Below are positions 44,789-54,623 of a DNA stretch of 64,000 nt, piece after piece. The notes beneath the pieces were generated by a model. That model was not told where the DNA came from. It searched no databases and saw only the letters and a program-made list of their open reading frames with translations. Source of the DNA: a virus. Its lineage: Duplodnaviria > Heunggongvirae > Uroviricota > Caudoviricetes. The position numbers were made by a program, and so were the translations under genes. The stretch's first letter is position 1. Each line of letters begins with the position of its first letter. The stretch lies in IMG/VR virus record IMGVR_UViG_3300032323_004296. One strand, 5' to 3'.

Positions 44789-45286
44789 ATGGAAAGAAGA
44801 TTTATTTTAACAGAAGAAGAAAAGAAAAATATTAGAAAACAATATTTTTTCGAACAATCTACAGAAAAAACTGAAAAAAGGTTTTGTCACAAGGGTAATA
44901 CTAAGTCTTTAGAAGACATCATGGGTCCTGAAGATGCTGAAGATTATATTGAAGGTGTCAGATTGAGAAATTCAGGTGTTCGTGGATTGACAGATACTCT
45001 CGAATTACTCAAAACAATTCATCTACATCCGAATATTTCGGATGGTGGAATGGATTTAGCTAACAAACTTGTCAGCAATCTTCAAACTTACAAACCTTAC
45101 AACTATTTTGACGAAACTAAGAAAGAATGTAATAGAGCAATGGATAAAATTATTGAACTCTATAAAGAAAACGAACACGGTGAAGAATTAGTTAAAGATA
45201 TTGAAAAAGTATATCAAATAAAAGATGTTTCAGACAGAGCTAAAGAATATATCAAACACGGACTAGCTATCATAAAGGGTGAATAA
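44789..45286 (+). CDS. hypothetical protein
   Basis: 165 aa. Terminator follows at 45278-45310. Confidence 0.5.
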   Translation: MERRFILTEEEKKNIRKQYFFEQSTEKTEKRFCHKGNTKSLEDIMGPEDAEDYIEGVRLRNSGVRGLTDTLELLKTIHLHPNISDGGMDLANKLVSNLQTYKPYNYFDETKKECNRAMDKIIELYKENEHGEELVKDIEKVYQIKDVSDRAKEYIKHGLAIIKGE

Positions 45287-45321
45287 TTGAATTCACCCTT
45301 TTTTATTTTTATTATTGTTCC

Positions 45322-45702
45322 GTGAGCACACAATCCCATATAGATAAAGTAAATTTAAAGCCAAATACCCTCCCATACCCACACCATGTAGGTGCACCTA
45401 AAATAGAACCAGTTGATGTAACATTTTTCAAACAGAATGGTACTCGAAAAGTTAATAGGGTTCTACAGAGAAGGTATGACGAGTTGTTGCAAGAGGCAGA
45501 AACACTCCAAAATTCGTATTTAACTAATCAGGAGGTCTATGACTCACATTACAAATTCGAACCCGTTATCGGGGAGATATATCACTTATACGAGGATTTA
45601 GATGGTATAAAGACACTCTCGTTAATTTCACCCAGAGAATGGGGAAAAAAACATTTGTATTCTGTTGTTTTAAATTCTGATTTAACATGGACAAAAGTTT
45701 GA
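45322..45702 (+). CDS. hypothetical protein
   Basis: 126 aa. Confidence 0.5.
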   Translation: MSTQSHIDKVNLKPNTLPYPHHVGAPKIEPVDVTFFKQNGTRKVNRVLQRRYDELLQEAETLQNSYLTNQEVYDSHYKFEPVIGEIYHLYEDLDGIKTLSLISPREWGKKHLYSVVLNSDLTWTKV

Positions 45703-45929
45703 TGAAAATAGTTGTCAAAGTTTTAGAAATCAATTATGAAAATTTAATTATAGAGTCTTGTGAAAAGGTAAAAACCTTTGCCTATGATGAGAAATCAGAA
45801 AATTGGTTACCTGACGATTTTACTCTTTTTATCAAAGTAAAAAATAAAACTCACGACATATGGAATTCTACCGATGTTGAACGTTGTTTATTTGAACATT
45901 TAGGTGTAACTTCCGTAATAACTGTGTGA
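45687..45929 (+). CDS. hypothetical protein
   Basis: 80 aa. Confidence 0.4.
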   Translation: MDKSLMKIVVKVLEINYENLIIESCEKVKTFAYDEKSENWLPDDFTLFIKVKNKTHDIWNSTDVERCLFEHLGVTSVITV

Positions 45930-45978
45930 CAATTTAATAAAGACCATCATATTTATTAGGTATATTAAATTTAATTAA

Positions 45979-46278
45979 ATGGCAGAATCACCGATTTGGA
46001 CGGTTTTTGTTACCGCAATAACAGTTTTAGGTTCCGCAAGTGCGTGGAGATATTGGGAAAGAAGGGCAATGAAAAAAGAAAAAGATGAGGATTTCATGAA
46101 AAGCGACTGTAGAGATAGAATTTCTAAATTAGAAGCACTATTATCTGAAAGTAGTAGAGAAAAAGATGAAATGAGAGAACTGATTTTATCTTTGACTGAG
46201 AAAGTTGCTGCACTTTCTGTCAAGGTTGAATATTTACAGAAGGAGAACCATGAACTTCAGAATAGAATAGTAAATTAA
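45979..46278 (+). CDS. TM + coiled-coil protein (spanin-like architecture)
   Basis: N-terminal TM IWTVFVTAITVLGSASAW followed by a heptad-rich helix to the C-terminus. Confidence 0.45.
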   Translation: MAESPIWTVFVTAITVLGSASAWRYWERRAMKKEKDEDFMKSDCRDRISKLEALLSESSREKDEMRELILSLTEKVAALSVKVEYLQKENHELQNRIVN

Positions 46279-46283
46279 AAGTT

Positions 46284-47402
46284 ATGAGAAGGATTATAAG
46301 ATTAAATGAAAATGATTTAGAATCAATTATACAAAAAGTTATTTTAGAGCAAGGAAGTATGTTTGGAACTGCGGGGACAAACCTACCTGGATATAGAAGA
46401 GACGACCCAAGAAACACTCAACCAAAAGTTGTTACTCCAAGGGTTGAGGATATTAATCCTAAGAAATTGAAAATGGGTGATGGAGGTAGAAAAAATCCAA
46501 AACAAGAAGAGGATGTAAAAATTTTACAAAGAAAATTAATGAAGTTAGGTCATCTTGTAATTAAAGAACCTACAGGATATTTTGGTTCATTAACTCAAAA
46601 GGCTTTGGACAATTATTACAATTCAGGAAAAACAAGTGGAACTGAAAAAAAGAAAACAACAACCACAACTACGACTAAACCAACAGAAAATGTTAAATAT
46701 TCAAAACAAGTTCAGGACCAATTGAATTATATGAAAAATTCAGGAATATTGAAAAATGAAAAATTTACAATACTTGATGACAAAAATTCAATAGTTTATG
46801 CTTTCTTACCTGAATACAAATTCTACAAATTATATTATGTTATCACAGGGAAAAACAGAGGGGATGCTCTCAAAACTAAAAGTATGACAGATTGGATTTG
46901 GGAAAATTGGCGTCAAGTTGGTTCATATATTTGGAAACAAGTAAAAGGTGTTGGAAAATGGAGTGACATCACCAGTTTACCTGATAGAGTTGCTGATTAC
47001 ATTGATGGTTGTTATTTTAATTCTGGTGATTGGGTAATTAAAAACACACCCTCAGGAGTATTTAAAAGAGCGGGTACTATTTCAAACTATATGAATGATT
47101 TATTATTAACTACGTTTATAAGTGAAGATTATGGGGATAGGTTTATATCTTGGGACACTTGTGAAGGAAAAACCATACCTTTCGGATTTCACGGAACAGG
47201 AAGTGCAGATAGATTGGAGGTTCTAAACAATGCCAATCCTGAGAAAGTTTCTTGCCAAAGGCGTAAAATGTCTTTCGGATGTATAAATTTCAACCAAAAG
47301 GATGTTAATAATATCAATAACTTTATCAGTGCAGGTCAATTGACTATTTGGTTACCTGATAAAACTAATGATATTGTAGAAATTCCACAAAACTGTTTGT
47401 AA
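46284..47402 (+). CDS. leader family A + peptidoglycan-binding domain + L,D-transpeptidase (YkuD)-like catalytic domain
   Basis: Leader MRRIIRLNENDLESIIQKVILEQ. The PG_binding_1-like segment is DVKILQRKLMKLGHLVIKEPTGYFGSLTQKAL. The YkuD signature HGTGS...SFGCINF has the His and Ser-x-Gly-Cys spacing of L,D-transpeptidase. Confidence 0.65.
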   Translation: MRRIIRLNENDLESIIQKVILEQGSMFGTAGTNLPGYRRDDPRNTQPKVVTPRVEDINPKKLKMGDGGRKNPKQEEDVKILQRKLMKLGHLVIKEPTGYFGSLTQKALDNYYNSGKTSGTEKKKTTTTTTTKPTENVKYSKQVQDQLNYMKNSGILKNEKFTILDDKNSIVYAFLPEYKFYKLYYVITGKNRGDALKTKSMTDWIWENWRQVGSYIWKQVKGVGKWSDITSLPDRVADYIDGCYFNSGDWVIKNTPSGVFKRAGTISNYMNDLLLTTFISEDYGDRFISWDTCEGKTIPFGFHGTGSADRLEVLNNANPEKVSCQRRKMSFGCINFNQKDVNNINNFISAGQLTIWLPDKTNDIVEIPQNCL

Positions 47403-47407
47403 TCAAA

Positions 47408-47845
47408 TTAGTTGTTATAATTCTTTTTATAACCTCTAGTGTCGATGTGTATCATTCTTCTTGTGAAGAAACCTTTATTTGTGTAAGTACCTAAAGCACC
47501 CCTCAAATGAGGAAATTCATTTTCAACATAATCATTAGCTGATTTGAAAATTTGAATGTCTTTTTTATCGAACTTATTATTACCGTCGATATCAATTACC
47601 CAAATATCTATTGCATCACCATTCAAATGATGAGAATTTTTTGCTGCGTTGGATAAAATACTGTTATACCATCTATGTCTTTTTCTACTTATTACAAACC
47701 AATTTGTATTGTAACCTCTCTTAGAAATCTCATTTTCTATCATTTCTAATTTAGTAGTCACTTTCTGATTTGATGGATAGAAGAAAACCAACTTTACAAC
47801 AATCAAAATTGATACAACCAATAAAACTTTTTTGAACTTACTCAT
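47408..47845 (-). CDS. peptidase M15-family (D-Ala-D-Ala carboxypeptidase/endolysin-like) with N-terminal signal-anchor
   Basis: SHHLNGDAIDI...HIDTR matches the SxHxxGxAxD...H zinc-binding pattern of M15. N-terminal TM. Confidence 0.55.
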   Translation of the reverse strand: MSKFKKVLLVVSILIVVKLVFFYPSNQKVTTKLEMIENEISKRGYNTNWFVISRKRHRWYNSILSNAAKNSHHLNGDAIDIWVIDIDGNNKFDKKDIQIFKSANDYVENEFPHLRGALGTYTNKGFFTRRMIHIDTRGYKKNYNN

Positions 47846-47890
47846 ATCTTTTTTTTTTCAAAGGTAAAGAAACTTTACAAATAAAAAAAA

Positions 47891-48175
47891 TTAACTTTCC
47901 CAACTTATCATCACTTTTATGTGTTGTTCGGGATAGATTGGTTCAATAGTTTCTCTAATTAATAAATCGCACATTTCATTTTCCATAACTTCTTCAGAAA
48001 TTACTTCACCAAGTTCTATTTTGACTTCAACTAATATTAAATTGTTAGATAACGAATAGGAAAGGTTTTTTACCTTAATTTTTGTTCCAGTACCATAAAA
48101 GGAGTCTATAGTATCTTGGCAACTTTCAGCAAGATACCTATTCATAATTTTGATTATACTTCTTTTACTAGCCAC
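47891..48175 (-). CDS. hypothetical protein
   Basis: 94 aa. Confidence 0.45.
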   Translation of the reverse strand: MASKRSIIKIMNRYLAESCQDTIDSFYGTGTKIKVKNLSYSLSNNLILVEVKIELGEVISEEVMENEMCDLLIRETIEPIYPEQHIKVMISWES

Positions 48176-48346
48176 TAATAAAAATATAATCGACTATTAA
48201 ATTAAAGGGAACTTCATCTACCTTGTCCTCTATAATTCTTCTCAGAAGAGTCATGTTTGTTGTAAGATTTTTGGTGTTTTCCTTTCTTTCTTTTTCCAAA
48301 TGTTAGCTTCCTCGAGTCTCCACTTTTTGAACCTTTTGATTTTGTC

Positions 48347-48679
48347 ATGTATTATGATTTGACAATAAATATTGATATATTTATTTATATGTTATTAACA
48401 GAACAAGAAAAAGAAGAAATAAAGAAAAAATACGAGGACAACATATCAAAAGAGGTCTTGGCTCATTTGAAAAGATATTATCCTATTTATGAATTCAATA
48501 TGAAATTTATGGATTCTCCTGTCAAACAGATTTTAGTGGATGATAAACTATATATGCTTTCTCAAAATAAAAAGTATCTAGTTAATAAGATATCTTCCAT
48601 TATAGAAGAAACATTTACGTCAGTAGAAAAACCCTTTCTCAGAAGAACTGTAAAATTTTATTTAGATATGTTGAAATAA
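48347..48679 (+). CDS. hypothetical protein
   Basis: 110 aa. Confidence 0.45.
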   Translation: MYYDLTINIDIFIYMLLTEQEKEEIKKKYEDNISKEVLAHLKRYYPIYEFNMKFMDSPVKQILVDDKLYMLSQNKKYLVNKISSIIEETFTSVEKPFLRRTVKFYLDMLK

Positions 48680-48705
48680 AATTTGATTGGTTCGAAAATA
48701 CTTCA

Positions 48706-48713
48706 TACCTTTG
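48706..48713 (+). promoter_or_regulatory. -7 promoter element TACCTTTG upstream of tRNA-Phe
   Basis: TAnnTTTG lies 60 nt upstream of the tRNA. Confidence 0.4.
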
Positions 48714-48773
48714 TAAAGGATTTGAAACCCATAGGTGATGAAAGATACTCAGGTAATTCAAATTCAGTTCTTT

Positions 48774-48849
48774 GGTAGCGGTAGCTCAGTTCCGGTAGAG
48801 CAACATCCTGAACAGATGTGTGCCAGAGGTTCGATTCCTCTCCCTACCA
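48774..48849 (+). tRNA. tRNA-Phe (anticodon GAA)
   Basis: D-arm TAGCTCAGTTCCGGTAGAGC. Anticodon arm ACATC-CTGAACA-GATGT. T-arm AGAGG-TTCGATT-CCTCT. Acceptor GGTAGCG/CCCTACC with one mismatch and one extra nt before U8, so needs tRNAscan confirmation. Confidence 0.6.
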
Positions 48850-49207
48850 CGAAATCTTCGGAATTTTTTCTGAACTTTCATCAAAAGATTTGGTTGTTTG
48901 TAAAAACTTACTTATCTTTGAAATAACAGGACAGCGGAATGTTTATTATAGGTGGTTCCCCATACTCACCTTACCCATATTCTTCTCCGCTTTATAAATT
49001 AGAAACTAATGGTTAAATAAACACGGGCAGTTTGTGAGAGTGGTCATCTCGGTCTTACTGTAAAAGACAAAACTCACCAAGTCTCTTTTTTCACTCTGGT
49101 TCGTTTTCACAGACTTAAAACAAGAAAACAGAAGTACGTCCTACTTCACGGGTTTCAGAGATTGACCCACCACAAAACAACTCAAAACTTGTCCTGACGG
49201 GGACTTC

Positions 49208-49233
49208 GGGGAGACGACGGTCTCCCCTTTTTG
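49208..49233 (+). terminator. rho-independent terminator
   Basis: Hairpin GGGGAGACgacgGTCTCCCC followed by TTTTT. It ends a 300-bp ORF-free stretch downstream of the tRNA. Confidence 0.65.
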
Positions 49234-49264
49234 TTATATTTATTGGTAAGTAAATTACCAATAT

Positions 49265-49525
49265 ATGAAAAAATTTTTTAAATCACTTTTCAGTGATGAC
49301 AACAACATCAATGAAAAAGCAGTAATCGGTTTCGGAGCATTTGTTATGATGGTTGTATTCGCAATTGCGGATATTATCACAGGAAGTATGGGGAAAGAAT
49401 TGATAATTCAAGAATTCATCTTCAATTCCTTCTTAATCATGACTTTGGGTTGTTTCGGCATTGCCTCTGTCGACAAGTACATGAACAAAAAGTTTGGAGA
49501 CAAAGAAGAAGAAATTTCCGAGTAA
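49265..49525 (+). CDS. small membrane protein (2 TM)
   Basis: 86 aa. Terminator at 49532-49557. Confidence 0.5.
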   Translation: MKKFFKSLFSDDNNINEKAVIGFGAFVMMVVFAIADIITGSMGKELIIQEFIFNSFLIMTLGCFGIASVDKYMNKKFGDKEEEISE

Positions 49526-49580
49526 AATTAGTCCCCTCCTTCGAGAGGGGATTTTAATTTATTTTTGTATTTATAGAAAT

Positions 49581-50552
49581 ATGAATGTTATTGTATCACA
49601 GGACCAAATAGAAAGGGTAATCCCAAACGAAGACATCGAATTTGTCAGGAAATATAGGGAGATGTATGGTAATTACCCAACATTTAGGGGACTACAACAG
49701 GGTAAACATACTGTTGGTGAAGTTCATCCTAATCACTCAAAAAAAGATTTGAAATGGAAAACTTATGTTGATGGTTTAGGTAAACTTTTCTCACTGATTG
49801 TTATGATAGTTTCTAAAGGAAAAGGTGAAGAATTGGCAGATATCAAAAAGACCGGAAAGAGACTTCAGAGCTTAGATAAGAAACATCTTTTTGTTAGTAA
49901 GTTAGAGGCATTTACGTACAACATATTTCTTTTAGAAAATGTTGCACAAGAAATGGAATTGGAACCGAAAAAATTCTTACGTACCTGTAATAAGATACCT
50001 GATTTTCTTTGGGAAAATAAAAAGTTGGTTATTGAGGTTGCTGGCATGGAATCTGAAAAATATATCAACAAGTTAGAAGACGCTAAAAAATGTTTTTCAG
50101 ATTTGGGTTATAATGTAATAACTTTGGATGCAAGAAAATTCGAAAGAGCTAATAAATTTATAGAATATTACCTCTATGTGTGTAATATTTTTGGTTTTAA
50201 ACCTAAAAAAGAAGTTTTGGGTTCTCCATACAAATATTTGGGATTTACGCAATTGCAACGTCAAGATTTACAAAAATATATCGATGACAATATCAACAAG
50301 TATAATGAACTTGACAGGAAAGGTCAGTATACATTAAACAAATATGTTCAGGAGCTCCATGGTATGAATGTCAGACAATATAAAAATAAAATAGGACTTC
50401 CAAGATATTCAAACTCAGTTTCAAAACAAAAAATAATTGACTACAAAAAAGAAAATCCTACAATGTCCAATCAGGAAATTGCGGATTACTTTGGAGTTAG
50501 TAAAAATACAATACAGGGAGCAACTTCAGGTATGGTTGGTAGAAACAATTAA
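49581..50552 (+). CDS. hypothetical protein with C-terminal HTH-like segment
   Basis: Start at the ATG that follows TTTGTATTTATAG. C-terminus SNQEIADYFGVSKNTIQ is HTH-like. Confidence 0.55.
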   Translation: MNVIVSQDQIERVIPNEDIEFVRKYREMYGNYPTFRGLQQGKHTVGEVHPNHSKKDLKWKTYVDGLGKLFSLIVMIVSKGKGEELADIKKTGKRLQSLDKKHLFVSKLEAFTYNIFLLENVAQEMELEPKKFLRTCNKIPDFLWENKKLVIEVAGMESEKYINKLEDAKKCFSDLGYNVITLDARKFERANKFIEYYLYVCNIFGFKPKKEVLGSPYKYLGFTQLQRQDLQKYIDDNINKYNELDRKGQYTLNKYVQELHGMNVRQYKNKIGLPRYSNSVSKQKIIDYKKENPTMSNQEIADYFGVSKNTIQGATSGMVGRNN

Positions 50553-50569
50553 ATTTGTATTTATTCAAT

Positions 50570-51862
50570 ATGGAAAAAATTAGAAAACAAATAAAAAAGT
50601 TTTTAAATGAGATAGTTTCTGAAAAGAATGAAACAGAATTTAATTATGATTTATTCATTGAAAATATTTTGACTGAAGAAACTGAAAGGATTGATGTTGA
50701 GAAAAGATTGAAGAGTTACACAGGGGACATAAAAATTCTGAGTGATTTGCACCAAAAATTACAAAAAGGTGTATCTTTGTCTGACGAAGAAATAAAAGTT
50801 GCAAAAAAAGAACTTGAAATTTTTCAAAAACAAAAAAATACCATGACCAATACACCGAACATTTCTAAATTTATAAAGTCAAACAGAGAGTTACAATCGA
50901 AAGTTAAGAGTTTAGGGATAAAAACATATAAGGATTTAATAAGAACAGATAAAAAAATTCTGTTAAATACTCTACTCGAAAATACAAAGTTCAGAATAGA
51001 TTCACCTAACAAAGGTTGGTATCAAAGAAACATCGATGATTTAGAAATTCTTAGAAGTAGATTTAAATCTACTGTAGGTAATATTAGATGGTCGGATGGG
51101 TCAATTTCCACATTCGATGAAAAAATAACCGAAATGATTAATAAATGCGAAAATAAAGATTTTTTTGGTATTTTGGAGAAAGATGGGGATAACGACGTTT
51201 GGAGTATCACAAACAAATTAGATACCAATTATAGTAATTGGGCTGAAATGATTGAAGAAAAACAAAAAGAAGGTTCAATATCTGGTTCAGATTATGACGC
51301 TCTTGTCTTAGACTATTTCAAACAAAGACCAATTGATGAAGCAATTACTGACAATGAACTGAGAGACAAAATAAAAGACATCGAGAAAAAGAAAAATATT
51401 TCAATCAATACATTCAGTTTTGCTGAATCTGATATTATCGAGGCATTCCAAGACGAATCAAGTCCAAAATTGAAAAACATATTTGACAGGTTATCAAGTA
51501 CAACAAAAGAAGGTGATTATGTTGAAGAAAATTTCAAAAAATTAATTACCTCTTTTCCAAAATATGTTGAAGATTTACATGATTTTTCAAGTTGGGGTAA
51601 TATTGTTGATATGGTTTTTGGTATTGATTTAATTGTGAAATTGAATGGGACTGAATATGCCGTTCAGGTCAAAAAAGACCAAAGACATGCCGAAAAGGCT
51701 TTCATAAGAAAATTGGGGATAAATTATGTTGTAATCTATCCTTCAGGTAAAGGTAAGTATTACTTCGGTTATATTTCACCGAAACAACCAGGTGGAGATT
51801 TTACAGAAGATTTTAGGAAACTCGTCCAACGAGAGAAGGGAGAAAATAAAAAAGGGGGATAA
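50570..51862 (+). CDS. hypothetical protein
   Basis: 431 aa from the ATG that follows TTTGTATTTATTC. Terminator at 51853-51878. Confidence 0.55.
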   Translation: MEKIRKQIKKFLNEIVSEKNETEFNYDLFIENILTEETERIDVEKRLKSYTGDIKILSDLHQKLQKGVSLSDEEIKVAKKELEIFQKQKNTMTNTPNISKFIKSNRELQSKVKSLGIKTYKDLIRTDKKILLNTLLENTKFRIDSPNKGWYQRNIDDLEILRSRFKSTVGNIRWSDGSISTFDEKITEMINKCENKDFFGILEKDGDNDVWSITNKLDTNYSNWAEMIEEKQKEGSISGSDYDALVLDYFKQRPIDEAITDNELRDKIKDIEKKKNISINTFSFAESDIIEAFQDESSPKLKNIFDRLSSTTKEGDYVEENFKKLITSFPKYVEDLHDFSSWGNIVDMVFGIDLIVKLNGTEYAVQVKKDQRHAEKAFIRKLGINYVVIYPSGKGKYYFGYISPKQPGGDFTEDFRKLVQREKGENKKGG

Positions 51863-51874
51863 TTTCCCCCTTTT

Positions 51875-52252
51875 TTAATAATTTAACTTCTTCTCAAAAT
51901 TATTCAAAAGAAATTTAATATTATCACTCCCAACAGGATTGGCAGAATGTATGTTCCATTTAGGTAATGGAATCCCATTAGTCCAACAATAATCACATAA
52001 CCACTTTGCAGCGTCATATCCGGTCCTTTCTTTGAATTCAACACCTAATGGGTCAGGTGGATTATCATGTCCCCCATTATCAAAATAATACTTTGTGTGT
52101 TCTCTTGATAAGTCGTGGTCAAAAGATACTTCTTCAGGTACTCCATTTTGTTCAATATAATTCACAAAATCATCGTAACTACGAACGATGTCCCATCCCT
52201 CAGTTTTTGGAGTTCTTATGTCGTCTAAATATAACTTCTTTAATTGGTTCAT
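51875..52252 (-). CDS. hypothetical protein
   Basis: 125 aa. Confidence 0.5.
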   Translation of the reverse strand: MNQLKKLYLDDIRTPKTEGWDIVRSYDDFVNYIEQNGVPEEVSFDHDLSREHTKYYFDNGGHDNPPDPLGVEFKERTGYDAAKWLCDYCWTNGIPLPKWNIHSANPVGSDNIKFLLNNFEKKLNY

Positions 52253-52454
52253 TTTTTTCTTTTTTTAATGATTCGTTACCAACTTCTTGGTAGGCGTCCC
52301 ATAGTTGTCCTAAAGCGTACTCTAATTTAAATTTTATTTCTTTATTTTTTTTGGAGACAGGATGTTTTACACAATGTTCATCTAAAGTACACATTAGTAC
52401 ATGTAGTCTATCCATTAATTCCAAATAGTGACCATCATTTATTTTATTTTTCAT
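52200..52454 (-). CDS. hypothetical protein
   Basis: 84 aa. Confidence 0.4.
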   Translation of the reverse strand: MKNKINDGHYLELMDRLHVLMCTLDEHCVKHPVSKKNKEIKFKLEYALGQLWDAYQEVGNESLKKEKNEPIKEVIFRRHKNSKN

Positions 52455-53125
52455 GGGTAATCAATTTGTTTTGTTTCAACATCGAAATCAACAACTATAG
52501 GTTTGTTATGATGTTGATATTGTTCGTCTAAAACTGAAGCGTTTAAGAATTCAACACCATTAAAATACTTTTGTCCATATGCACAATGGATATGACCGCA
52601 AACATGAATTTTTGGTTTGATTTCCATTATTTTATAAAATAAATCTTGACATCCGGCTTGAGTTCCATTTGGAAGCCAATCGAGCATTCCATGAGCTGGA
52701 CCATGAGTAATTAATACATCAGTATCATTTGGTATTAAAGCCCACTTTTCAGCGAGTTTTTCCCCTCTTGGTAGGTTAAATGCCCAATTATAAAATTCTG
52801 GTTGCCATGGACTACCATAGAACTTAACACCATCAATTACAATCTCACTATCAAAAAGATAGTGAACGCCTTTTTCTTTGTATTCAGATGCAATATCATT
52901 ATGGAGTTCGAAACCCCAATCATGATTACCTGCAATGAATATTTTGTGAGTAAACTCAGTATTTGAGAACCAATCCAAAAAGTTTTCGATTTCGTGGGTT
53001 TTACCCATACCTGTACAGTCACCGGCATGAACTAATACATCACCACTTCCAAGTATGTTATTATAAGTTTTGCTTGTAAGATGCTTGTGTTTGTTGTGGG
53101 TGTCGCTTATAAATGTAATTTTCAT
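52451..53125 (-). CDS. calcineurin-like metallophosphoesterase
   Basis: Motifs ISDTHNKH, GD..GMG, GNHD, then GH.H. Confidence 0.75.
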   Translation of the reverse strand: MKITFISDTHNKHKHLTSKTYNNILGSGDVLVHAGDCTGMGKTHEIENFLDWFSNTEFTHKIFIAGNHDWGFELHNDIASEYKEKGVHYLFDSEIVIDGVKFYGSPWQPEFYNWAFNLPRGEKLAEKWALIPNDTDVLITHGPAHGMLDWLPNGTQAGCQDLFYKIMEIKPKIHVCGHIHCAYGQKYFNGVEFLNASVLDEQYQHHNKPIVVDFDVETKQIDYP

Positions 53126-53310
53126 AATATTTGTTCTTTATCTTGTTCATCAATGTCCCAATTCAAAAAATCTTCTCCTTTGTAGTTGGGATGAAACTTT
53201 TGCATGTAATCAATTCCTCCTAACCATAACCATGCAACAGTTCCACTGAGCGCTAAGATAAGTATAATAACTCCAATCATAAAATGTTTTTTAATAATTA
53301 GTCCCACCAA
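53122..53310 (-). CDS. small membrane protein
   Basis: 62 aa with TM GVIILILALSGTVAWLWLGG. Confidence 0.4.
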   Translation of the reverse strand: MVGLIIKKHFMIGVIILILALSGTVAWLWLGGIDYMQKFHPNYKGEDFLNWDIDEQDKEQIL

Positions 53311-53930
53311 TGTTTCATACCACTCCCGTCATACCATTCGAGCCACAAATTTCCCTTTTTTTTATCATCAGTGAGAGAATTGAATAATTTTCTATATTCC
53401 TCTATGTCCTGACCCTTCAAAATTGTAAAAAGTTCATCCCACTCTTGAGCTTCAATTTCATCGGCTAATTTGTAAACTTTTCTGTTGTGTTCGTTTTCTT
53501 CTTGGTTATTGGTATCAATTAATTGGTATAGCTCGGGATTATCTTGAGCGGGTTCAAAGTCCCAATCAAAGTGTTTTAATTCACCGAGTTTCTTTTCAGC
53601 CATTTCAATGTAAGAATCTGTACGAATGTTATCAATTAACTGAATAACTCGTTTTATTTTTTCAACTTTCTTCAATCTTGTAGTATCAACCTCGAAACCA
53701 TGGAATTCAATTGTTTTAACGGTCTTTTCTAAAGAACGTGCGAAAATTTGTAGGTTAAAAGAATAATCCCATGACCTGAACTCCCAAAGTTGTTTTCTAA
53801 AAAACCATAGGTTTTTGAAGAACTGTGGAAGTTTGTATCTAAACAATTCGTAGAATTTGTAGATAGGATGTTGATGCCAAATCAATCTCTTCAAAGACTT
53901 GTGAAAACTGTCAGCAAATTTTATTTCCAT
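53298..53930 (-). CDS. hypothetical protein
   Basis: 210 aa. Confidence 0.5.
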   Translation of the reverse strand: MEIKFADSFHKSLKRLIWHQHPIYKFYELFRYKLPQFFKNLWFFRKQLWEFRSWDYSFNLQIFARSLEKTVKTIEFHGFEVDTTRLKKVEKIKRVIQLIDNIRTDSYIEMAEKKLGELKHFDWDFEPAQDNPELYQLIDTNNQEENEHNRKVYKLADEIEAQEWDELFTILKGQDIEEYRKLFNSLTDDKKKGNLWLEWYDGSGMKHWWD

Positions 53931-54201
53931 GGGTTCAATTTTTTTAATAAGTCATTGAATGTTTTTTCTTTTACGATAACATTATGATTTTCATCAAGTA
54001 ATGGTGCTCGCCAAACTTCATACCATAACCACAATATGGTTATTACAATGCTCAAAATATAAAGATAGATAAATTCCATATCACAAATATAGGAAAAAAA
54101 AATGACCCGTCAAAAAAATGACGGGTCTTTAAAACTTATATAGAAAACACTCCGAGTGATACCAATAAATACTACTTTTTTTTAAGAAAGTCAACTTGGC
54201 G

Positions 54202-54618
54202 CTATCTTGAGAAGTAATTTTTTAACTTTTCAACTCTTTTTTCATCGAATTTGGTCTTATGTCTGTCTTCATAGTTTTTTTGTAACAATTCGACAGCATC
54301 ATCTTTTCCTTTACTTCTTAGTAAAATATAAGCTCCTAAATCTGCATCTATTTCATCATCATCGTTCCTATCTTTATCGTGTCCTAAAATTATATGAGCC
54401 ACTTCATGAGCCTCGATAAATTTTAAAAAAGATGGGTCATAGTTCTGAAGTAAAATTTCTCCATTTATGACAATTAGATTTTGATTTGGAACCATAAATC
54501 CATATCCGTATTTATTGAACAAAGGTAGTAATTCTTTATACTTCTTGTCTTCAGAAAAGACAACAGCGATGTTTACACCCTCTAAAAATTCACTTTCGTA
54601 GGTTAGTCTTGTTGACAT
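54202..54618 (-). CDS. ImmA/IrrE-like HExxH metallopeptidase
   Basis: FIEAHEVAHIILGHDKD is similar to the ImmA/IrrE zinc-peptidase motif. Confidence 0.5.
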   Translation of the reverse strand: MSTRLTYESEFLEGVNIAVVFSEDKKYKELLPLFNKYGYGFMVPNQNLIVINGEILLQNYDPSFLKFIEAHEVAHIILGHDKDRNDDDEIDADLGAYILLRSKGKDDAVELLQKNYEDRHKTKFDEKRVEKLKNYFSR

Positions 54619-54623
54619 TTAAA

